Source of the DNA: Tubiluchus corallicola
Taxonomy: Eukaryota > Animalia > Priapulida
Reading direction: 5' to 3'
DNA: 7,459 bases
NCBI GenBank assembly: GCA_030141605.1
Contig: JAQGDQ010002228.1
Location: forward strand, 1-7,459
Part shown: positions 1 to 6,673 of the stretch, piece by piece
Position numbering within the stretch: the first letter of the stretch is position 1
Layout: each line of letters begins with the position of its first letter
Position numbers and translations under genes: made by a program
Notes under the pieces: generated by a model
Database searches by the model: none
What the model was told of the DNA's origin: nothing
What the model saw: only the letters and a program-made list of their open reading frames with translations

Positions 1-1
1 A

Positions 2-385
2 GTTGTTTATTACTCTGGTAAAACTTTCATGATCGTTTGGTGGGGTGTAAACAGAAGCTAAAAGAAATCTCCGTCCGTTTATATATATGAGCAGCCAAAT
101 AATGTCAGTGTTCTGACTTTCTAGCTCTTTAATTTTGCAGCTATTTATGTTGGTTTTGACAAAAACCGCTACTCCTCCATGAAAAGGTCTGCATGACTTA
201 AAGTACTCTTTATGGTTCGTTAGTTTCGGAAATTGTTGAGCTGGGTCTACCCGCGTCTCTTGAACTGATACGATGTCAAAGTTTTCTCTATTTACGTAAT
301 TGTCTAATGCTAAAGTTGAGCGAGGTGACAACGAATTGATGTTAATTTGGCATACCTTGAAAAGACGATCTCGTGTTTGAGTCAT
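2..385 (-). CDS. Non-LTR retrotransposon ORF2, N-terminal APE-type endonuclease (partial, runs off the left edge)
   Basis: Not in the ORF track. Manual translation from ATG at 385 is open to the edge: MTQTRDRLFKVCQININSLSPRSTLALDNYVNRENFDIVSVQETRVDPAQQFPKLTNHKEYFKSCRPFHGGVAVFVKTNINSCKIKELESQNTDIIWLLIYINGRRFLLASVYTPPNDHESFTRVINN. LINE APE motifs occur in the right order: QININSL, DIVSVQET, GGVAVFV, ASVYTPP. Confidence 0.93.
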   Translation of the reverse strand, partial: MTQTRDRLFKVCQININSLSPRSTLALDNYVNRENFDIVSVQETRVDPAQQFPKLTNHKEYFKSCRPFHGGVAVFVKTNINSCKIKELESQNTDIIWLLIYINGRRFLLASVYTPPNDHESFTRVINN

Positions 386-516
386 TGGTACATCTGTGTT
401 CTTTTCAACTCCTTCTGGTAAATTTCACACTCTCTGCTCCTTGCCTCGTGCTTCCCCTTACAATTTGCACAAACAGTCTCTTCTGCCGAGCATTCATTAG
501 TTCTATGTTTCGCGCT
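382..516 (-). pseudogene. C-terminal remnant of non-LTR retrotransposon ORF1 (gag-like CCHC zinc knuckles), 5'-truncated
   Basis: SAKHRTNECSAEETVCANCKGKHEARSRECEIYQKELKRTQMYQ*: the second half of one knuckle (H-X4-C) followed by CX2CX3HX6C, typical of the last knuckle in I/Jockey-group-type ORF1. It lies directly upstream of the APE ORF, and its upstream part is replaced by (TC)n. Confidence 0.85.
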
Positions 517-783
517 AGAGAGAAAGAGAGAGAGAGAGTGAGCAAGAAAGCGAGAGAGAGAGAGAGAGTGAGCAAGAAAGCGAGAGAGAGAGAGAGAGAG
601 CAAGAAAGCGAGAGAGAGAGTGCAAGAGAAAGAGAGAGAGAGAGTAAGAGAGAGAGAGAGTGAGCAAGAAAGCGAGAGAGAGAGAGAGCAAGAAAGCGAG
701 AGAGAGAGTGCAAGAGAAAGAGAGAGAGAGAGTAAGAGAGAGAGATAGAGAGAGACAGAGAAAGAGAGAGAGAGAGAGAGGGG

Positions 784-816
<33 letters not shown>

Positions 817-851
817 GGAGAGAGAGAGAGAGGGGGGAGAAAGAGAGAGAG
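517..851. repeat. Compound (GA)n/(TC)n microsatellite with GCAAGAAAGC-type interruptions
   Basis: Near-pure purine + strand. A ~30-bp unit GTGAGCAAGAAAGC(GA)n recurs at 538, 568 and 660, and a longer block at ~600 is repeated at ~688. Confidence 0.97.
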
Positions 852-1344
852 CATATAAGATTCGAGGCTACAGCGCCGACGACGGCAGCATGTGCGGTGA
901 TCTATACATCAATCGAAAGATCTCGGTATAGTGTCGCGCCATTGGGGGTTTATTTTGCGAATCGGGCCCACCGAGATAAAGCACACCCTCGGGCACCCCT
1001 GTGCTGCCATTTGAAACATCCGTTGTCTTTGAGTTTGAGAAATTTCACGGCTGTTCTAGGCATTGTTCTCATCATCTGTTCTATACTGTGTCATAGATTG
1101 TACTTGCAAACTATATCTGTGAGCTTATTATAATCTAGGAAGCAGTAAGCAAAATTGTGTAGAATGTCCGTGCATTATTGATCAAGGGTGGATGGGTGTA
1201 ACAGAATTTGCTATAGCACACAGTATCGACTTTGCACAAAATTGTCTTGCATGGTTTTACTATGATGCAGTGCTGTTGGCGTTGGTGCTGTAGGTTGTCA
1301 TTATTGATGTCGACATCATCATCATAGTCATCAACATCATCATC

Positions 1345-1630
1345 ACCATGTGATGTGGTGGATGTGGTGTTGTTGGTGTGTGTGGTGGGTGTCCTGTGAA
1401 TGGTGTGCAGTGGGTGTTGTGCTGTGGATGATGTGGTAAGGTATGTGAGGTGTTGGTGGAGCGGTGTGGGTAGAGTGGGGTGGTATTGATGATGTGGTGT
1501 GGGTTGTGGTGTAGGGTGGGTGGCGTGTTATGAGTGGTGCAGTGGGTTGGTGTGGTGTGGTGTGGTGTGGGTGGTGTGTTGTGAGTGGAGTTTTGAGTGG
1601 TTGTATGGTGTGGTGTGGGTTGTTATGAGT
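1345..1630. repeat. GT-rich low-complexity tract, degenerate (TGGTG)n
   Basis: Almost no C on the + strand; pure TGTGG runs at ~1549-1575. Preceded by a short (CAT)n tract at ~1314-1349. Confidence 0.88.
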
Positions 1631-1954
1631 TTATATGCAAAACTTTTTTGCGGGGTTTGGCTAGTTTTCTATTAATATTAACAATCAAAAATGTCAGGCC
1701 ACGCATCCATTTGTAGGATTGTCGTTGTTACTTTTTTCAGAATGCTTTCAGACTAAAAGAAAAATGTAATTTTAAATTACAGAATTTCAACAGTGCCGTC
1801 ACAATGATAGTCGTGGAAACAATAAAGCAAAAATGACAAATTCGAATGGAACAGAATTTCGAATGGAATTAACAAAGTGAGTTTTGGAGAAGAAATGTGT
1901 CAATGAATATGCTGCAGTTAGCAATGAGCGAGCAACATTTCTTGATAGAGTGAC

Positions 1955-4429
1955 ATGGAATGCAAACTATTTGAACTGCTGTTCTTACTTTTTACAATTA
2001 CGAGATTCAGCTTAGGTGAATACGTAAACGGGCACATCACAGGCGGCACAGCACCTCGAGAAGCATGTCGCCCTACTAAACCTTTTAATCCTGTCCACTA
2101 CGAAATGACGGTTGCGGAAAGTTTTTTTGAGAGAGGAAACAGAATGTTTTTGCAAATACCTGACGTTAAGACTACAGATACTTTTTATTTTGCAGAGCCT
2201 ACTATTATTGCCGCAACAATAAATGGAACCGTTACTGACCATCGCTTGTTTAAGACGGGATGGGACAGGGATGGGTTTCTACTAACACCCGGTCCTTATA
2301 TAGAGTACCTGGGAAATACGAAAATTGAGCGTTATCTGTCAGAAAAGAAACCTAAGCAACTTCAACAGGAAAAACCAAAGCTTTTATTAAAGTTTAAATG
2401 CTTAGGATGCTGGGAATTTTGGTACGTTTATAAACAATATTATTGTGATCGCAAGAACAAGAACCGTTGGATGGAAATTACACTTACCCTTGTAGTAGAT
2501 CCCAAGGATCAATATGCTCCTACATTCGACTTCCACTCCGAAAGGCAACTATCTCTTGCTGAAGACACTCTAATTGGCTCGCAATTGTGGAAATTTCCCG
2601 CCAAAGACTTGGACGAATTTAAATATGTAAGGAATTTTACCATGTGCATAGGCGAACTTGTGAATCAAGGTGGCAAATATAGCTGCACGGGACAGAAATA
2701 TTTTCAAGGTAAACCTATAGATAAGGATTTAGATTCTTATCAACCAACAAAGAAAGTTGACTTTTGTGTTTATCTGAATAAGAAAGTACACTACGAATTC
2801 ACGAAAAATCTCACGTTAAATCTCTGGTTGATACCCATGGTCAAGCGTAGGAAAACTGCAAGACACCCTATAAAACGCAGCCTTAATGTTTTTATAGATA
2901 ATGCAAATAACGAGAATCCCAAATTTTCTCACAATATGTATCAGATCGAGGTGGATGAAGGTAATCTGGGCGGACGACTGACAGTTGAACCAGCACAGAT
3001 TGAAGCCAATGACAAAGATGGACTAGGAAATCTTGTGTTTTTCTCTTTTCCGTACCCAAGCCAAATGGAAAACAAATTTAAAATATATCCAACAAATGGT
3101 GAAATTGAGGCTGTTCAACGTCTTCCTGCATCAGTTGTTTACCACACTCTTGTTCAAGCAACAGAACCTGCTGTTGCTACACATTATGACAGAGCACTCT
3201 TATCTGTTGAAATCAGACAAAATTCTGTAAAGTTCAAAAAAAAAAGTTTTTCAGTCGATGTGTTTGAACACGAACCTGATGACACAATGATATTATTAGT
3301 GCCTGCTCTTATTGGTAATTCAAAAATGCAAGTCTCCTATACATTAAAGACAAAGCAGGGTGTGGCGGTAAATGACTTTAGTTTAATCGTAAATAAACCG
3401 CAAAATGCAAGTGCATCAATCTTAGGTCTGGTTCTAGTTTCAAAGCTAAATGAAGGCATTAAGGATCGCTATGAACTTGCTGTAAAGGTTCACAATACTG
3501 AAACACATAGGCAAGTAGGAACTGTTGATGTTACTGTTGATGTGACAGATGCGGCACTGAAAAGTCCCAAGTTTGTTCAAAATCCCTACGTGTTCTACAG
3601 TAAAGGAGTTGCTGGATCATTTATTGGTCAAGTAAAAGCGACGTTTGAAACTCACAATAATGCGCAGATATTATACACAATTCTAAGCTACAAAAATATC
3701 GCACGAATTAACCCCGAAGGAAAGATTACCCTGCATGTAGACGCAAAAGGAAAGATGGCGGTTGGCTTAAGTGCTTGCTTGGCTGGATCAAATAGCAAAA
3801 ATCGATGTGGTTATGCTGTAGCAATAATTACATCACCGACTGCAGGTAACTCAACATGGACTGACCCACAACTGCTAGTGTCAAGCACAGGAAGTGTTTC
3901 TTCTGGACTTGTACTATTGATTCTAGTTATTGTGGTATTGTTTGGTGTAATAGTTGTTCTATTGGTTTTTCAAATCAGACAAAGAAAGTCTGACATTAGC
4001 ACTAGTTCTGGTGACGAGACAAAAAAGGAAGGTGTAGCAAAAGACGCTTCTGTCAAGGGTGACAAAGCGAGGACGGATGCTGAAATAGTTGTTGATTCAA
4101 TTAATGAAGAAGAAATGGAAGAGCTTGCTGATACTGGTTTTACTTCAAATGAAAAGGTTTTAAAGAGATATGAAACAGAAGATGGTGTGGAAACAGAAGA
4201 TGAGTCACAGAAAAGAAGTGATGCAGAAAAGCATACCGATATTGAAGCTACTACTGTAAAAGCAGATGAAGCAAAAGAGCATACTGAAACAAAGAATGAT
4301 TCAATAAAAAGAAAAAAGGCGGACGTTGAGGTTACTTCTGTAGAGGAAGAAGAGATGGAAGATTCAGGAAATATTTTGGCAGAAACAATTGAGACGGTGT
4401 CAGGCGGTCTCATTGGAGGAAAGAATTAG
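1955..4429 (+). CDS. Cadherin-domain type I membrane protein (non-classical, protocadherin/CDHR-like), single coding exon
   Basis: 824-aa ORF with in-frame TAG upstream at 1946. Signal peptide ~aa1-21 (LFELLFLLFTITRFSLG). Cadherin motifs: VDPKDQYAPTF (aa~182), LAEDTLIGS, AKDLD (aa216), IDNANNENPKF (aa~315), VDEG, ANDKD (aa351), FKIYPTNGEI, VFEHEPDDT, VDVTDAALKSPKF (aa~532). TM aa652-672 (3908-3970) followed by QIRQRK; ~150-aa E/D/K-rich tail. Confidence 0.9.
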   Translation: MECKLFELLFLLFTITRFSLGEYVNGHITGGTAPREACRPTKPFNPVHYEMTVAESFFERGNRMFLQIPDVKTTDTFYFAEPTIIAATINGTVTDHRLFKTGWDRDGFLLTPGPYIEYLGNTKIERYLSEKKPKQLQQEKPKLLLKFKCLGCWEFWYVYKQYYCDRKNKNRWMEITLTLVVDPKDQYAPTFDFHSERQLSLAEDTLIGSQLWKFPAKDLDEFKYVRNFTMCIGELVNQGGKYSCTGQKYFQGKPIDKDLDSYQPTKKVDFCVYLNKKVHYEFTKNLTLNLWLIPMVKRRKTARHPIKRSLNVFIDNANNENPKFSHNMYQIEVDEGNLGGRLTVEPAQIEANDKDGLGNLVFFSFPYPSQMENKFKIYPTNGEIEAVQRLPASVVYHTLVQATEPAVATHYDRALLSVEIRQNSVKFKKKSFSVDVFEHEPDDTMILLVPALIGNSKMQVSYTLKTKQGVAVNDFSLIVNKPQNASASILGLVLVSKLNEGIKDRYELAVKVHNTETHRQVGTVDVTVDVTDAALKSPKFVQNPYVFYSKGVAGSFIGQVKATFETHNNAQILYTILSYKNIARINPEGKITLHVDAKGKMAVGLSACLAGSNSKNRCGYAVAIITSPTAGNSTWTDPQLLVSSTGSVSSGLVLLILVIVVLFGVIVVLLVFQIRQRKSDISTSSGDETKKEGVAKDASVKGDKARTDAEIVVDSINEEEMEELADTGFTSNEKVLKRYETEDGVETEDESQKRSDAEKHTDIEATTVKADEAKEHTETKNDSIKRKKADVEVTSVEEEEMEDSGNILAETIETVSGGLIGGKN

Positions 4430-4591
4430 TTGTTATTATAAGTATAATTTAACGGAACAGAAAACACTTTTACTGTCTTTTCTTATGTTTACCAGTTTTT
4501 TAAACATGCTTTAGTTGCTTTAGATCGCTTTGTTTTCATCAGTTTTTTAACATGCTTTAATTCCTTTTCATGTATTGTTTTTATTTTCAAA

Positions 4592-4630
4592 AATAAATTT
4601 TCATTGTTTTGCCTAAGTTCTTTTTTTGCT
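4592..4630 (+). terminator. Probable polyadenylation signal of the cadherin-like gene
   Basis: AATAAA at 4592-4597, ~160 nt after the stop, with U-rich upstream sequence and U/GU-rich downstream sequence (ttgttttgcc...ttctttttttgct). Confidence 0.6.
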
Positions 4631-5045
4631 GCACTAGATGTTGTGTAAGTTACATTCAGTGAAATTTAGCAGACCTCTCACTTTTGACTAAAGTGTGAGA
4701 AATAGACATCCATCACATCGTACCCAAATGTTTTAGCAACGAAAGAAAGGTTTCCTGCCTACTGATGTGATCTAATGGGAAACTGCATGAAATGAATTAA
4801 CGTTACACACTATAGCGGGCGCCAGGGGGTGTGCAGGTTTGTGAAGACTGCCGAGAAGTCAACCTACAGGCGCTGCATACCTACAAAGAACTACACAAAA
4901 GAGCAAAAAGACAAGAGCTTATAGGTAATAGTAAAAACTATACTGTACATTAGCTACTATCAAAAGAGTCACAAGAATGTTAGAAAATTCAGCCCCGGTG
5001 ACAAGGGACACCGACAAAGATGACCTAAATTTCATGAACACTACG

Positions 5046-5213
5046 TTTATACTTGCTTTGCGCATGCGCATAGCTAGACAACACATGAAAAATTTAAAGA
5101 AACCCGTAACACAGCCCTCTTCTTAGTCGCTACTTGTCAAGAAATGGCATTCTATCTTCCAAAGGAGGTAGCAAAACGATGATGTAGTCCCTGAATTCAA
5201 CTTTTTCTATTGG
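5046..5213 (-). promoter_or_regulatory. Candidate LTR promoter motifs: CCAAT, TGCGCATGCGCA palindrome, TATAAA
   Basis: In minus-strand order: AACCAATAG (CCAAT 5209-5213), 12-bp palindrome TGCGCATGCGCA (5059-5070, NRF1/Ewg consensus), TATAAA (5046-5051). TATAAA could instead be a variant poly(A) signal. Confidence 0.45.
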
Positions 5214-5248
5214 TTAGAGAAATACGAAAACTGCCTTTTCTTTACTAG

Positions 5249-6042
5249 AAAACAGCATTTACTAGAAAAGCCAGAGCAAGTACAGCAGCTTTATATGAAA
5301 CATTGTTGTACCATGTATGGGAGCTGTACCATGTACAGCTAGTACACATCATTTACTAGATGTACCACAGCAAGTACAGCAGCTTTACATAAAACATTGT
5401 TGTACCATGTATGGGAGCTGTACCATGTACAGCTAGTACACAGCATTTCCTAGATGTACCATAGTAAGTACAGCAGCTTTATATAAAACATTGTTGTACC
5501 ATGTATGGGAGCTGTACCATGTACAGCTAGTAAACAGCATTTACTAGATGTACCATAGTAAGTACAGCAGCTTTATATAAAACATTGTTGTACCATGTAT
5601 GGGAGCTGTACCATGTACAGCAAGTACACAGCATTTACTAGATGTACCACAGCAAGTACAGCAGCTTTACATAAAACATTGTTGTACCATGTATGGGAGC
5701 TGTACCATGTACAGCTAGTACACAGCATTTCCTAGATGTACCATAGTAAGTACAGCAGCTTTATATAAAACATTGTTGTACCATGTATGGGAGCTGTACC
5801 ATGTACAGCTAGTAAACAGCATTTACTAGATGTACCATAGTAAGTACAGCAGCTTTATATAAAACATTGTTGTACCATGTATGGGAGCTGTACCATGTAC
5901 AGCTAGTACACAGCATTTACTAGATGTACCACAGCAAGTACAGCAGCTTTATATAAAACATTGTTGTACCATGTATGGGAGCTGTACCATGTACAGCTAG
6001 TAAACAGCATTTACTAGATGTACCACAGCAAGTACAGCAGCT
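5249..6042. repeat. 94-bp tandem repeat (minisatellite), 8 full copies plus partial ends
   Basis: ACAGCAGCT recurs at 5282, 5376, 5470, 5564, 5658, 5752, 5846, 5940 and 6034 (exact period 94, no indels); copies differ by only a few substitutions. Confidence 0.98.
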
Positions 6043-6611
6043 GCAGCATTCTGAATTTTGATCATAATGTTTCACTTCAGCAATCCAATTCAAATAATAG
6101 GAAATCTTTACGGCCAGTGACACTGACTCGTCATCACTGCTACCTTCTGCTGCAAACGTTTGCACTCACATTACCTCCCCCAATGTTATCTAAGATCATT
6201 GGTGTGAGAGACTACTACTTCATGATGCCCAAAGTCAAAATAATTCATGTTTGAGTAGCTTTATTACGTTTTATCTGTAAAAAAATCATAAGAAAATATA
6301 ACTAACTAATTTGAGCAAAAAAGGAAACAAAGAAATTAATAATAAAGTGAGACTGAATAATCAAAATAAACTTACATCATGGCTCTACTACTCTTGACAA
6401 ATAAATGGTTTAACTGAGACAAAACAACAACAACAACTCTCTTAGCCTAGAACAGACTGCCAACTAGCCAGGTAAACTAGCTCTGTCAGTAGAGCATGAC
6501 AGAAAGAAGCCAAGTCAAGACACATCTGAATGCAGTTAAAAGGACAGTATATGGGGGGGGGGTTACAGAATGAGAACACTTTAGTAATGAAATAACCTAA
6601 AATCCTTCACA

Positions 6612-6621
6612 CCGCCCCCTT
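6612..6621 (-). other. Polypurine tract (plus-strand primer) of the LTR element
   Basis: Minus strand AAGGGGGCGG immediately before TGTGAAG; the G-run plus CGG form is typical of BEL/Pao PPTs. Confidence 0.8.
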
Positions 6622-6673
6622 AAATGCGACTTTAATTACAAGAGCATTTACCAAATTGAGTTTACAACAGAAA

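Larger units (their letters stand above)
1..516 (-). mobile_element. Non-LTR (LINE) retrotransposon, 5'-truncated copy continuing beyond the left edge
   Basis: Zinc-knuckle ORF1 end followed by APE ORF2 with ATGA stop/start overlap at 382-385. Clade cannot be assigned without the RT domain. Confidence 0.9.
4840..6611 (-). repeat. Putative 3' LTR of the BEL/Pao element (1772 bp)
   Basis: On the minus strand it starts TGTGAAGG directly after the PPT (6611) and ends GTCTTCACA at 4840, giving a perfect 7-bp terminal inverted repeat with TG...CA ends. The right boundary is firm; the left is inferred from the inverted repeat only, as the second LTR is not in the window. Confidence 0.72.

Noticed and set aside
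373-1133. ORFs 373-663 (+), 405-854 (-), 660-1133 (+) and the N-terminal half of 382-603 (-)
   Set aside because: ER/LS dipeptide runs are translations of the (GA)n tract; only the zinc-knuckle part (382-516) is real coding remnant.
2012-4413. ORFs 2012-2242 (-), 3033-3230 (+), 3970-4413 (-)
   Set aside because: Shadow frames of the cadherin CDS; the Ser-rich one mirrors the Glu-rich tail.
4493-4560. Short direct repeat AGTTTTT(T/A)AACATGCTTTA twice in the 3' UTR
   Set aside because: Two ~20-bp AT-rich copies are consistent with an ordinary local duplication; no function can be supported.
1955-4630. Cadherin gene as a processed retrocopy or cargo captured by a flanking element
   Set aside because: No poly(A) remnant or TSD is visible; the gene is outside the LTR boundary, upstream of the LINE's 5' end and on the opposite strand; large cadherin exons are common.
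4755-4795. Hammerhead-ribozyme-like CTGATG...GAAA
   Set aside because: Core reads CTGATGTGA rather than CTGANGA, and I could not build the required flanking stems.
5249-6042. CRISPR-like array
   Set aside because: Units are contiguous near-identical 94-mers with no unique spacers, no cas genes, and a eukaryotic context.
5920-6254. ORFs 5920-6165 (-) and 6018-6254 (+), including a Cys-rich stretch; possible env or accessory gene
   Set aside because: Short, partly derived from the tandem repeat, inside the inferred LTR, and with no recognisable domain.
6420-6562. (AAC)5 and a G10 run
   Set aside because: Trivial simple repeats; the G run is on the wrong strand and position to be the PPT.
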